A stretch of 64,000 nucleotides of DNA from Patescibacteria group bacterium (GCA_040384565.1 JAZKJC010000010.1:7113-71112); one strand, 5' to 3'. Shown: positions 19,160 to 29,008, counted from the first letter of the stretch. The notes: generated from the sequence alone by a model not told the origin. Program-made: numbers and translations.

Positions 19160-19456
19160 CTATAAGCCTAGGTCTCCTAATGCTCCCATCATGGGTTGCA
19201 TTTTTTCGGCAGCAATTTTTTGGCTTTGCTGTATGGCGTCTTTGACGGCGTCTTCTACCCAGCGTTCTAGCTGGCCTATGTCATCTAGATCCACATACTC
19301 AGGGTCAATATGGATTTTTTTAAGTTTTTGTTCGCCGGTAATCTCCACGCTGACAGCGCCATCACCCTGCTCTGTAGTAATAATCATTTTTTGTAATTCT
19401 TTTTGTAGCTTCTTAACTTTCAATAGCATTTTAGCTTGGTCGAATTTACTCATCAC
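19160..19456 (-). CDS. ybaB: YbaB/EbfC family nucleoid-associated protein
   Basis: 98 aa. The family pattern (MLKVKKLQKELQKM...VSVEITGEQKLKKIHIDPE) and recR synteny both fit. Confidence 0.9.
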   Translation of the reverse strand: MMSKFDQAKMLLKVKKLQKELQKMIITTEQGDGAVSVEITGEQKLKKIHIDPEYVDLDDIGQLERWVEDAVKDAIQQSQKIAAEKMQPMMGALGDLGL

Positions 19457-19690
19457 AAATCTCCTTATTCACAATACATTTTAACACGAGTTCCACACCT
19501 AGCCATTGATTCCAGGTTGCTCCAGGATAATTGCAGTTGTTCAATCCGAGGAAAACGCAACCATAGTTACGTTGAGTGAGGATTGGGCGACTGCGGCTGT
19601 TCTGTGTGATCTAGGACGGTGTAAAAATCCGAAACACGTCAGCTCAGGCTCTCGTCTAACCAAGTGTAACTACCCCATTAAATCCTACAA

Positions 19691-19716
19691 CTTTTCAATG
19701 CGATCGCATTGAAAAG
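19691..19716. terminator. Perfect 26-nt palindrome downstream of the membrane protein gene
   Basis: cttttcaatgcgatcgcattgaaaag. There is only a weak U-tract, so terminator function is tentative. Confidence 0.35.
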
Positions 19717-19763
19717 CTGTAATTTGGGTGTTTAAGGCTAAAAATCGGGGCTACAAGCAAGTT

Positions 19764-20957
19764 TTACCTGGGGGCAGGTAGCTTATGACTAAATGTCTGT
19801 TTTGTGAGAGGAGATTCGGGCCATGCGATAAAGTAGTGGCTAAGGTGGTAAAAAGAAACTAACAGTATGCTCAGTGAAAGCAGTGTAGTAGCTATGGCCC
19901 GGGCGATTGGGTTATGCGGGAATACAGCATACCATTGTTGCAGCATGAATGTCAGGCCAAGTGCTATGAATATGTATGCTATGGGTACAAGGACAGTGAT
20001 GGCAACCGGGCCACCAAGTCCAATTAGTATGCCAAAATAGATACAGCCAACAATTAGCATCTGGCTTCTTATGAGCCGCCAATAGTTTCTTAAACTATAA
20101 AATCCAACGATCATCATAACGGTGGAGAATGCGTCAAATAACGGCAATCTACCTAACCACTTGGTGGCGTCGTCTGGGCCTCTGAGGAGGAAATATTCAG
20201 GTATGTTTAGAAGATTATTGCCTATTGTTTTTAGCTTGGGCATTCCGGTAGGTAACCCAACTGCACGGAGCAATTCCCTGGTGCTATCAATGCTCGCCAA
20301 AATCAGCGGTAACAAGAGTATGCAGATTATCAATCCGCACAACAAACGAAACCACCAAGGTACTTGACGCAGCTCACTCCATATTTTCTTGTATTGCCAT
20401 ACAGCTATCCCAACCAATAAAACACCAAAACCAGGTATATAAAAAGCCATACCGCTTAGCAAACTTAAGACTATAAGCGCTGTTTTGCGAAGGGTCGTGT
20501 TATAAAGCCAAATTGCTGCCCATACCAATGGCAGAATTAGCAAATATGATGCCTCTGGGCTTGCTAGCCGTCCTATGTGCAATAGCCAAGCAGAGGTTAA
20601 GAAGAGCCAGGTTCCTAATATGGCTATGCGGTCAGTTGACCATTCGCGCAATATAAAAAAACAACTTACAACGGAAAGCGCGGCAAATATTACGCTTACG
20701 AGTCGGTAGAAAGCTATGCGCTGAATGTCCAACTTGAACAGCAAATATGTTGGAATTTTATGTAGCGCGTACGTCGGGTTTTGTAAAAGCTCCCTGCCAG
20801 AGTCTACGGATGCTATATAGTCACGTTCTGATAGGCTTACTCCCCCGGTAAGGCTTCCAAGCCTAAACCCCAAAATACCGCAAACAATTACAGCAACAAC
20901 CAAAAAAGCCAATATTGGCTTCCACATTAACACCACCCACTCTCTAAACTTTTTCAT
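19764..20957 (-). CDS. Polytopic membrane protein, GT-C (ArnT/PMT)-like, tentative
   Basis: 397 aa with about 10 predicted TM helices. Its general resemblance to CPR ArnT-like glycosyltransferases is my impression only. Confidence 0.45.
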   Translation of the reverse strand: MKKFREWVVLMWKPILAFLVVAVIVCGILGFRLGSLTGGVSLSERDYIASVDSGRELLQNPTYALHKIPTYLLFKLDIQRIAFYRLVSVIFAALSVVSCFFILREWSTDRIAILGTWLFLTSAWLLHIGRLASPEASYLLILPLVWAAIWLYNTTLRKTALIVLSLLSGMAFYIPGFGVLLVGIAVWQYKKIWSELRQVPWWFRLLCGLIICILLLPLILASIDSTRELLRAVGLPTGMPKLKTIGNNLLNIPEYFLLRGPDDATKWLGRLPLFDAFSTVMMIVGFYSLRNYWRLIRSQMLIVGCIYFGILIGLGGPVAITVLVPIAYIFIALGLTFMLQQWYAVFPHNPIARAIATTLLSLSILLVSFYHLSHYFIAWPESPLTKQTFSHKLPAPR

Positions 20958-20980
20958 TTGCTAATTGATAGTATACAGGA

Positions 20981-21064
20981 AACCCGTTACCGTTTACCGT
21001 TCTCTGTTTTCCATACAGTAACCATCGCCTGTTTACCATGAAAACGAAGAATGGTAAACGGTTT
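20981..21064. repeat. Intergenic inverted-repeat element, copy B
   Basis: Perfect 10-bp terminal inverted repeat accgtttacc (20989..20998) / ggtaaacggt (21053..21062). Shares the 15-mer taccgttctctgttt with copy C. Confidence 0.6.
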
Positions 21065-22423
21065 CTAAGATTCAAATGGTTGGGTGTGTTTGGTGTCGAG
21101 CGTGCGGAAGCGCTGTTTGTCCTTGTCGAAGTAGAGTTCTATGCCGCCAGTTTTGCCGTTACGATGCTTTTTAATTAATATGTCAGTTATGTTTCTGCGG
21201 TCAGTTTCCGGGTTATAGTACTCTTCGCGGTAAATGAAAGCGACCACATCTGCATCCTGCTCGATTGAGCCTGATTCTCTAAGATCGGCTAACTGGGGTA
21301 TTTGGGGGCTACGGCTTTCTACCGAACGGCTTAGCTGGCTTAGTGCTAGTACAGGCACATTTAGCTCACGTGCGATTGCCTTTAACCCACGGGATATCTC
21401 GCTAATTTCTTGGACCCGGTTGCCTTCACCGCCAAATTTGTGGCCGCCACTCATTAATTGGAGGTAATCTACTATAATCAGTCCCAGCTCATGGGTATGA
21501 GCCTCGCGGCGGGACTTTGTGCGGAGTTCGCTGACCGTGATGCTAGGGCTATCATCAATATATATCGGTGCCTCGCTAAGAGTCCCCATTGCCTGTCCAA
21601 TTTTCTCAAAGTCAGTGTCTGTTAAATTACCTGTCCTGAGCGCCCAGGCGTCAACCCCTGATTCCATTGCCAGCATTCTGTCGACCAGCTGCTCTTTGCT
21701 CATTTCTAAAGAAAAGATTAGTACTGGTTGCTTAGACTGCAGAGCAACATTATGTCCCAAATTAAGCGCCAAAGCAGTTTTACCCATTGATGGTCTTGCT
21801 GCCAGGACGATAAGATCGGATTTTTGGAAACCGGCTAGCATATCGTCCAAATCTTTAAATCCTGTTGGAACACCACGGATTTTGCCCTTATCCTTGTGCA
21901 ATTCATCGAGCCTATCAAAACTCTCGCTCAGAATGGTTTCCAGGCTGGTTACGTCCTGCTTGATGTGTGTCTGGCTGACCTCAAATAGACGAGTCTCTGC
22001 GTTTTCAATCAATTCCTGCAGCTCATTAGTTTCGTTAAAGCCCATAGTGGTGATGTCCTGGGAGGCTTTAATGAGACGGCGTCTCAAAGCTTTCTGGGCA
22101 ACTATTTCAGCGTATTGTTCGACATGCGCAGTTGTTGGCACAAAATTTGATAGTTCGGCAAGGTACGGTGTGCCCCCAACCGTGTCGAGTGTTGAGTTGG
22201 CTTTAAGTTTATCGGCAAGTGTTAAAACGTCAATCGGGCTGTGTTGATCATAAAGCTGGGTAATGGCCTCGTAAATGTAACGATGCTTTTCGTCATAAAA
22301 ATCCCCAACATCAATTTTATCGGCAATTTTAATCAGCGCATCGGTGTCGATTAAAATAGCGCCCAGTAGCGATGCTTCAGCATCTAAGTTTTGTGGTGGC
22401 ACTAGAGCAGTCTTTGGGTCCAT
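21065..22423 (-). CDS. dnaB: Replicative DNA helicase
   Basis: 452 aa. N-terminal PPQNLDAEASLLGAIL, Walker A ARPSMGKTALAL and IIVDYLQLM. Confidence 0.95.
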   Translation of the reverse strand: MDPKTALVPPQNLDAEASLLGAILIDTDALIKIADKIDVGDFYDEKHRYIYEAITQLYDQHSPIDVLTLADKLKANSTLDTVGGTPYLAELSNFVPTTAHVEQYAEIVAQKALRRRLIKASQDITTMGFNETNELQELIENAETRLFEVSQTHIKQDVTSLETILSESFDRLDELHKDKGKIRGVPTGFKDLDDMLAGFQKSDLIVLAARPSMGKTALALNLGHNVALQSKQPVLIFSLEMSKEQLVDRMLAMESGVDAWALRTGNLTDTDFEKIGQAMGTLSEAPIYIDDSPSITVSELRTKSRREAHTHELGLIIVDYLQLMSGGHKFGGEGNRVQEISEISRGLKAIARELNVPVLALSQLSRSVESRSPQIPQLADLRESGSIEQDADVVAFIYREEYYNPETDRRNITDILIKKHRNGKTGGIELYFDKDKQRFRTLDTKHTQPFES

Positions 22424-22427
22424 AGAC

Positions 22428-23915
22428 CTACTCTACTATTTCTGCGCTGCCAAAGATATTGCTTATGGCTTCCAGATTATTTTTTGTATCAGGCTGTGGT
22501 TCTGGCTTACTGATAGCCATGCTAGTATCAGATTTCTTCTCCAGAATACATACGAGCGTAACGTCCCTGCCAGTAACTTCTTTGATAATGCCCAGCAGAA
22601 TCTGTTTGTTCTTGGTATCATCAAGTCTTTTTTGATGAAACGCGAAAGCGAAAGTCAGTGTAATAATTTTAGGCTCAAATTCCGGCTGAGCCATCCGTAC
22701 TACACTATAAAGGGTATTGTGTTTTGCCTTAATGGCAGCAAGTATGTCTTGCCAAGTTTCCCCGTCAAAGGCGTCACCTTTCCTAGGCTGGGTAGTTTTG
22801 ACGCTTTCAGAGCTGTGGGGCTTGGTAGTATCACTTGTGATTGGTATTTCAGGAGCATCCAGCGTTTTTGGCCGCATAACTGGTTTTTGATGATTAGAAA
22901 CTAGTGTGGGGGTTGGGGTTGAGTGCTTGGAAGTGTTTCTTGATTCTGAAGTTGGGGCATCTAGAGCAGATCTATAAAGGGCTAGCTCCAGCGCAACTTC
23001 GGCATCTGAACTGGCTGGGACCTGCAATAGGTCCTTCAATAGATCTAATGTTACTGGTGCATCCAATGAAGCATTATTGTTGACAATATAGAAGCGAAGT
23101 AACTGGGATAACTGATGGGCTACCAAAGCTGCTTGCACACCGTGATTCCTTAGATCTGATAGGCTTGATGCAATAGCTTTAAAGTCATGCTTCTCAATGG
23201 CGCCGAGTATATTCTCTAAAATCTCTTCCGGGGCTTGTCCAAGGGTTCGCTGGACGTTTTCTAAAGTTACATTTTCACTCATGTGGCGGACTTGATCAAG
23301 CAAGCTGATACTATCTCTAAAACTACCTTCTCCATGTGCCGCAATGAGTTCTAGCGCGGCGTCTTCTATGACGATGTTTTCTAGTTTGGCAATTTGCCTA
23401 AGATGAGCTGTGACTTTGGCCATGCTAACAGGCTTGAAGCTAAAGCGTTGGGTGCGGCTTATTATAGTTTCTGGAACTTTATGTGCCTCTGTAGTAGCAA
23501 GTATAAATATGGCATGTTCAGGCGGCTCTTCAAGTGTTTTTAACAAAGCATTAAACGCTTCTTTAGTGAGCATATGAACCTCATCAATGATGTAAACTTT
23601 GTATTTTGCACTCGTTGGCGCAATGTTCACGCGTTCTTTAAGCTCCCTTATCTCGTCTATTCTACGATTACTGGCGGCATCAATTTCTATAATGTCTAAA
23701 TGAGTGGCTTCTTCGTCGTAAGGCAAGCTATTAACTTCATATGCTATGATCCGCGCAATACTGGTCTTGCCAACCCCTTTTGGGCCAGTCAGCAAATAAG
23801 CGTGGCTTATCATGCTTTTTTTGAACGCCCGGCTGAGAGTATTGGTTACGTGTTCTTGGCCAACAACCTCAGATAGCTTTTTTGGCCGGTATTTCCGGTA
23901 AAATGCTTTCCCCAT
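22428..23915 (-). CDS. dnaX: DNA polymerase III subunit gamma/tau
   Basis: The ORF runs to 23969, but the conserved N-terminus starts at MGKAFYRKYRPKKL (ATG at 23915, with TATACT 9 nt upstream). Walker A GPKGVGKTS, plus IIDEVHMLT. Confidence 0.9.
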   Translation of the reverse strand: MGKAFYRKYRPKKLSEVVGQEHVTNTLSRAFKKSMISHAYLLTGPKGVGKTSIARIIAYEVNSLPYDEEATHLDIIEIDAASNRRIDEIRELKERVNIAPTSAKYKVYIIDEVHMLTKEAFNALLKTLEEPPEHAIFILATTEAHKVPETIISRTQRFSFKPVSMAKVTAHLRQIAKLENIVIEDAALELIAAHGEGSFRDSISLLDQVRHMSENVTLENVQRTLGQAPEEILENILGAIEKHDFKAIASSLSDLRNHGVQAALVAHQLSQLLRFYIVNNNASLDAPVTLDLLKDLLQVPASSDAEVALELALYRSALDAPTSESRNTSKHSTPTPTLVSNHQKPVMRPKTLDAPEIPITSDTTKPHSSESVKTTQPRKGDAFDGETWQDILAAIKAKHNTLYSVVRMAQPEFEPKIITLTFAFAFHQKRLDDTKNKQILLGIIKEVTGRDVTLVCILEKKSDTSMAISKPEPQPDTKNNLEAISNIFGSAEIVE

Positions 23916-24015
23916 AGTCAATAAAGTATACAGTAGACAGCAAACAGACGACAGTTGTGATATTGACAAAAATTTATCTCAACCTGTCTGCTGTAAGCTG
24001 TGTACTGTCAGCTAT

Positions 24016-24525
24016 TTAGAGTGCGGCTTCGAGAGCGGCCCATTCGGAATGGGTATCATCTTCTGGGACGTTAACGCTGACTTGATCGCCTGGCTTGGCT
24101 TTAAAGTATGTAACACTAGCTAATAGCACTCGTAACTGTTTGCCGCTAACATCTACAAAATAATGGCCGTTTTCAAGCTTAAGCATGCCAACAACTTGCT
24201 TGCGTGGCACGGGTCCAATTTGCTTATAAAGGAAAGAACCGTCATCGGCAATGGTAAGTTTTAGTATGTCGCCTTGGACGAGCTTGGATTTGCTTGCATA
24301 GTTTGCAGGTACCGGATAGTTCTTGCCATCTGATCCAACCATAGTCTGACCGTCAAAAACACCCTCGATTATCTTGCCAAGTGGTTCTTCTTTGATGGCT
24401 GCTGCTACCAAAGGATCTTCCCCGACGAGACTCATGAGCAATTCCTTGGCAGCTGCCAAGCTTGTCTCTGCCTCCGTAATCAAGGACTTCAGTCTTTTGA
24501 TTTGTTTTTCTGGTACTTCTGCCAT
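24016..24525 (-). CDS. Hypothetical protein
   Basis: 169-aa ORF. No motif recognised. Confidence 0.5.
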   Translation of the reverse strand: MAEVPEKQIKRLKSLITEAETSLAAAKELLMSLVGEDPLVAAAIKEEPLGKIIEGVFDGQTMVGSDGKNYPVPANYASKSKLVQGDILKLTIADDGSFLYKQIGPVPRKQVVGMLKLENGHYFVDVSGKQLRVLLASVTYFKAKPGDQVSVNVPEDDTHSEWAALEAAL

Positions 24526-24865
24526 CTCTTTTATCTCTCATGCATAAGTGTTTATTTGTACACTTGTAGCCTTACCGTACCACGTGTGTCAACTGAAGTC
24601 AAAAACAATTTCCAAAACTGTGGATAAACGAGGAGTGTGTACTCAAGACAACCAGACATATAAAGTATCGAAAACATTGGCTTAAAAGGCTCATTACATG
24701 TAACAACCTTTACTCTGTTATCCCAAACTCTTCGAGCGTAAAGAGTTTACTTTTTCACGCTTTCAATACTTTTAAGCCAATCCTCCCAGGCTGCCGGATC
24801 GTTTGTCATACCGCCAGTCTGAACTTCCATATCTGCAACTTTGCTTCAATATTTCCTTAACCTCT

Positions 24866-25093
24866 TTAAGGTTGTGGATCCGAATCATTACCAGGTTTCT
24901 GAAATATATCGAGGCTCGACCTATTTACTCTTAGGGTTAGGCCGCCTTCGTCATAAAAGTAACGATCATCTCCAAGTTCCTCAACGGTAGTAAGACCTAA
25001 AACAATTCCGACTAAATTCCTTGTAACTAGTTGTCCTTCTTCCCCCATCAAAGAAAGCCCTGGGCGACTGGCTCCACTTAATTCTTCTGCCAT
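24866..25093 (-). CDS. Passenger gene, hypothetical
   Basis: 75 aa with GAGGAG RBS. No motif recognised. Confidence 0.4.
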   Translation of the reverse strand: MAEELSGASRPGLSLMGEEGQLVTRNLVGIVLGLTTVEELGDDRYFYDEGGLTLRVNRSSLDIFQKPGNDSDPQP

Positions 25094-25110
25094 AAAAGTT
25101 TCTCCTCTTC

Positions 25111-25413
25111 TTAAACAGAACTGTCTATTAGCGCATCTAAAACCGGCTCAAGTAAATCCGGAGTATTTTGAAGCACGTGGTTTACTAATGCGTCTACCAC
25201 GAATCCACGAGCACTGTTTCTTTGGCGTTCTGCTTCAGGATCGTCCAACACCTCGCCATCAACGCTCACGCCTGAAAGGTTTCCACCAATTTCTATTACG
25301 CGAACTTGCGTATTACCATCGTTAAACACGTATTGCTTTACATCAAATGAAGGGTGCCCATCTGTTCTATCTATATGCTGTACCTCGGTTGTTGGAAGGA
25401 GTATTTCTGCCAT
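25111..25413 (-). CDS. Passenger gene, hypothetical
   Basis: Start chosen at MAEILLP (TACAAT 6 nt upstream). About 100 aa. No motif recognised. Confidence 0.4.
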   Translation of the reverse strand: MAEILLPTTEVQHIDRTDGHPSFDVKQYVFNDGNTQVRVIEIGGNLSGVSVDGEVLDDPEAERQRNSARGFVVDALVNHVLQNTPDLLEPVLDALIDSSV

Positions 25414-25571
25414 AACAAAATTGTACCACTTCTGTAGATAATGAGAAGTGGAAGCTATAGAGCCCAAAGTTTATAAGTCAGGATTTTGCAACTGCAGAAT
25501 GAGCGTTACGTATGGTTAAATGTGAGAAGTTCAACCATACAAAAGGAGTATGTACATAAATTATTTTTAGT

Positions 25572-26276
25572 CTACTCACCCACAAATGTATCGTCAGGGG
25601 CTTTTATGAACGTACTACTAAGTGGATGGAATGCACTGACATCACCGCCATCAATATTGCCCCAGAATCGTATTGTTTTTAATTTTTTGTTGTCCCAGGT
25701 GGTAAAAAAATCAAGCTGATAGTCAATGCCTGAATTACCTTTTAGTGTGTAGTGCTCCTTTTTCTTCTTTTCTATCCATCTACACAATGTGTTGTAAGTG
25801 AGGTCACGTCTTTTGCTTAATTCACTTTCTAGCAGTTCAATGGCTTCATTTTTATTGTTTAATCGAACGTTCTTTAGCTTTTGTCTTTGTTTTATATAGC
25901 CAAATCCACTGTCACGCGTTAAAGTACAATGCCATACATTGTCAACTTTAAAACAAACCTCTTTTATGTGAAGAATAGGAGAACGGCTATACGTTACGTC
26001 ACCCTTTAACGCAGCCGCGGCTAATTTGATGTGATAATCCAGGTTCTCTTCCTCGGCTGTATTCCAGTATGCGCAGTTTGTACCTTGGATGGTTAAAAAA
26101 ATAGCTGTAGTTCTGCCGTAACCGCTTAATTCAACATCTAATGAGTTTGAATTACTTGATGTGAAGCTATAAACCGTACTGTCTTCTTTTTCTTGAAATT
26201 TTGAGGCAACACCAGGAATTGCTTTCAGCATATCGGCGTATTGCTGAAACATTGTGTTTACATTACTAAGGCTCAT
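25572..26276 (-). CDS. Passenger gene, hypothetical
   Basis: 234 aa. Overlaps the upstream ORF by 11 nt. No motif recognised. Confidence 0.5.
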   Translation of the reverse strand: MSLSNVNTMFQQYADMLKAIPGVASKFQEKEDSTVYSFTSSNSNSLDVELSGYGRTTAIFLTIQGTNCAYWNTAEEENLDYHIKLAAAALKGDVTYSRSPILHIKEVCFKVDNVWHCTLTRDSGFGYIKQRQKLKNVRLNNKNEAIELLESELSKRRDLTYNTLCRWIEKKKKEHYTLKGNSGIDYQLDFFTTWDNKKLKTIRFWGNIDGGDVSAFHPLSSTFIKAPDDTFVGE

Positions 26277-26574
26277 TTTTTAGGTTTTCTTTAAGGTAAT
26301 CTGCCCAGTCAAAGATTATCTCAACCGCCCTATGCGTTCTTTTAGCATAATCGTCAGTCATGGTTAGTTCCATGGAATCCGCGGCAATTTTATTTAGTAT
26401 ATCTACAACACTTTCCTTGCTGGCACCACCGAGTATCGCGTTCAGCAATTCTGGTAGGTAGTGGTCATATTCATCCCGAGCCGCCGGTTCGCCTGCTACG
26501 CCTATCGGATCCCAAATATATTGCAAGACCTCATCTATGCGTTGCAAAAGAACCCTGTCATAATTGTGACTCAT
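26266..26574 (-). CDS. Passenger gene, small helical protein
   Basis: 102 aa. The WDPIGV...DEYDHY pattern reminds me of small immunity-type proteins. This is a weak impression only. Confidence 0.4.
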   Translation of the reverse strand: MSHNYDRVLLQRIDEVLQYIWDPIGVAGEPAARDEYDHYLPELLNAILGGASKESVVDILNKIAADSMELTMTDDYAKRTHRAVEIIFDWADYLKENLKNEP

Positions 26575-26996
26575 GGCATATAGTCCTTTCTATCCGGAGG
26601 CATTAAAATCTTCTTCAGTTTCGTATCTTTGTTTATAACCTCTCCCCGAGCTTCAGCAATAAGCATTGTTATTTCCATGGGTTTCATATTCTCAAGCCAC
26701 CACGTATATGCTGCAAGTTTACCATCCTTTAGCTTCTCTTTGGGTGCATACAGATTTATATCTGCATTGACAAACATTTTTGCTATAGATTCATACCCAT
26801 AATATTCTTTCAGGAATACCTTGCCTGCAGGAGTAATGTCACATACGGCTTCGTTAATCTCGATTATAATATCAATTAGCGACTGCTGGTCAATAAAATC
26901 ATCAATAGTGAATTCCTCTTTATCGGCTTGGTAATTTCGGACAGCAAGGATTTTGGATCTGTAACTCTTTTTAATGCGTTCTAACTTGGCACTCAT
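26571..26996 (-). CDS. Passenger gene, hypothetical
   Basis: 141 aa. Overlaps the next ORF by 4 nt. No motif recognised. Confidence 0.45.
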   Translation of the reverse strand: MSAKLERIKKSYRSKILAVRNYQADKEEFTIDDFIDQQSLIDIIIEINEAVCDITPAGKVFLKEYYGYESIAKMFVNADINLYAPKEKLKDGKLAAYTWWLENMKPMEITMLIAEARGEVINKDTKLKKILMPPDRKDYMP

Positions 26997-27071
26997 CTTG
27001 ATGAAAGTATAGCAAAAGAGAAGCTATGATTGAATCTTGCTACTTTTTTCGAGCCTAATTTGCCTAAATTG

Positions 27072-27890
27072 CTAGGCCTCCTCCCAAATCTCTCCTCTTA
27101 CTCCCTGTGCTTTTAGCTTATCTACGGTTGCAAACCGTATCTGTGGCCTATCATCATCGTCTGATTCCCATATTTCTGTCATTAAGCTTCTGGTACGACG
27201 CTTGGCATAGATCAGATCAGTCGTTCGAGGACACACGAGTAGGATTATTGGCAATGCCGTGTCTGTTTCGCTTTCCCAATCGCCCTCATCCAGGTACTCT
27301 GCATAGTTCTTAAGCCGTTTCTTAATACGGTAGCGTGGCAGCGTTGGGTCAAATACTTCCAGTAGGTAACTATAGGTGGTGATTTCCTCGTTACCTGCGC
27401 CATCGTATTCTTCCTTAGAAAAGCAAAGATGAGGGTGTACTAGTTCATTATCACTTAGGAAGTGGTAGTAGCTATCTTCAAGATAGTCAGCTTCAGTTTC
27501 GAAATAGTAATGGGCTTTATCAGTTCGTGCCTTTTCTAACGTAATACAACAGTCGGCAATTAGCATACATCGATCTATATATGTCTGGCTGCGTGATGGT
27601 TCACGGTAACGCTTGCGGAGTTCATGGATAGGGTGTTGCTCAAACGTCTTCAGGAAACGTATCCCGTTTATACCAAGATAATAGACAGCTGGCTTGGTTT
27701 TCTCGGCAAAGTCAGTGGAATAGATCCAGGCTACGTACTGTTTTTCTCTGAGATCTTTTAGCCAGACATTGATTCTTTTGTAATCACTATGGTTCATAAG
27801 TGTTTGTATTTGGATCCTGTTTAGGAATCTATGGGTATAGAGAAGTTCTAGTATTGTTTGTTGCTTCTTGGTTATGTTAGGTAGTTTCAT
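27072..27890 (-). CDS. Replication-relaxation family protein
   Basis: 272 aa. The N-terminal wHTH LPNITKKQQTILELLYTHRFLNRIQIQTLM... is typical of the Replic_Relax family. Confidence 0.65.
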   Translation of the reverse strand: MKLPNITKKQQTILELLYTHRFLNRIQIQTLMNHSDYKRINVWLKDLREKQYVAWIYSTDFAEKTKPAVYYLGINGIRFLKTFEQHPIHELRKRYREPSRSQTYIDRCMLIADCCITLEKARTDKAHYYFETEADYLEDSYYHFLSDNELVHPHLCFSKEEYDGAGNEEITTYSYLLEVFDPTLPRYRIKKRLKNYAEYLDEGDWESETDTALPIILLVCPRTTDLIYAKRRTRSLMTEIWESDDDDRPQIRFATVDKLKAQGVRGEIWEEA

Positions 27891-28154
27891 TGTATGTATA
27901 GTTAGTTGATGATGGTTTGTTTAGTTTCTGTCTTGGAGTTGCTTTCATTTGCCAAACCCTCCTACACCGTATATTTACAAGGATAGAAAACACAATAAGT
28001 TTACAATAACTCTTTGGATATATCTATAATTTGTCCTAGCCCATTAGGACAATATGAAACAAGCTACTTTAGCAATCCTAACCACTTCTAGGCATGCCAG
28101 CGACATCTGATGTTATTATAAGGAACATGGGTAAGAAGAAATTTCTAGAACTTA

Positions 28155-29008
28155 TTAAGCTCGCTTCCCAGCCTTTGCCAAAAGGAGCGGAAAAATCGTT
28201 TGATGACGGTGATTATAACGAAAGGCAAATTCTGCGACGTATGAACCAAGATAGTAAGGCGAAACTGCGTGGTAAGTCCCGTCCAAAGAACGTTTCAGCT
28301 GACCGAAAAAGCCCTCGACGTGGTTCGTCGTAACCCCATCTTTTACAAATTCTTGGGCGATATGTCTAACTGATTTGTGATTATAAAATTGTTTAACCTG
28401 TAAGTGTTTATAGATTTTACTTTCATCAGTATGGAGCATTGAGCCATCGTCTACATTCTCCCGCAGAAACGGGAGTGTGTGTTCTGAATTGGCTCTAGGT
28501 ACAACTTGTGTCCTGATTTCTCCACCAACTTCTAAAGCAGCCATAACTGGTGTCTTGTGATCTTTGAGGGTCTGTTTGCGTTTACCTCCGATATAAGCTT
28601 CGTCAACTTCAATCGGCGTGCCTAAAAAACCAAGTTTACCGCTTTCATACATAAGTACGCGTATCATCTTTGCCATTCTATGCGCTGTTTTATAGGAAAC
28701 GCCAACTTGCCTTTGTATTTCTAGAGCCGCAACACCGTTCTTAGACACGGAGAATAGATATAATGCGTGAAACCATAGTGACAGTGGTGTCGTAGACTTT
28801 TCAAAGATTGTGCCCACTAGCGGATAGATCTGTTGCCTGCAAGCGGCACACTTAAACGACATACGGTTTTTAACACGCCAAAACTTTGTACCGACAACCC
28901 CACACTTTGGACATGTTTTTAAGTCACCGTAACGATAATCAAAAACAAGTTGCAAGCAAGCCTCATCGTCTGGAAAGTCTTCCCTCAAGTCCGATATGGT
29001 GTATCTCA
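28155..29008 (-). CDS. IS1595-family (ISXO2-like) transposase
   Basis: Zinc ribbon CPKCG...CAAC, then an HTH region, then DDE-domain hallmarks IEVDEAYIGGKRK...LHTDESKIY...NHVEGFFGQLKR. Start set at MRYTISDL (TATAAT 7 nt upstream). Confidence 0.85.

Noticed and set aside
19457-19763. SRP (4.5S) RNA or RNase P RNA in the dnaX-ybaB-recR neighbourhood.
   Set aside because: There is no GNRA-capped helix-8 core (GGAA / AGCAGC). A GAGGAAA-like box and an ACAGAAC-like box lie on opposite strands, and the region is too short for RNase P. It is kept only as an unassigned structured spacer.
21519-22247. 242-aa plus-strand ORF, plus many similar 60-200-aa ORFs in the track (e.g. 39843..40436, 53726..54205, 49052..49552, 11181..11462).
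   Set aside because: They lie antisense inside well-supported genes (dnaB, rplA, the VirB6-like gene, the kinase, the hydrolase). Their Ser/Leu/Cys/Arg-rich shadow-frame composition has no motifs or RBS.
22428-23969. Programmed -1 frameshift site in dnaX (A-rich run ttcaaaaaaagc at about 23811..23830).
   Set aside because: The run lies near codon 50, in the N-terminal ATPase domain. That is not where tau/gamma frameshifting occurs, and there is no downstream hairpin.
27891-28154. Inner inverted repeat that would make the IS only about 1 kb (transposase alone).
   Set aside because: Only a 7-nt match (tgtcttg) to the IR was found. The full 24-bp IR partner and the matching 8-bp duplication are at 24622..24653.
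28094-28333. 79-aa plus-strand ORF.
   Set aside because: It overlaps the 3' end of the IS1595 transposase gene antisense. Its composition is basic and low-complexity.
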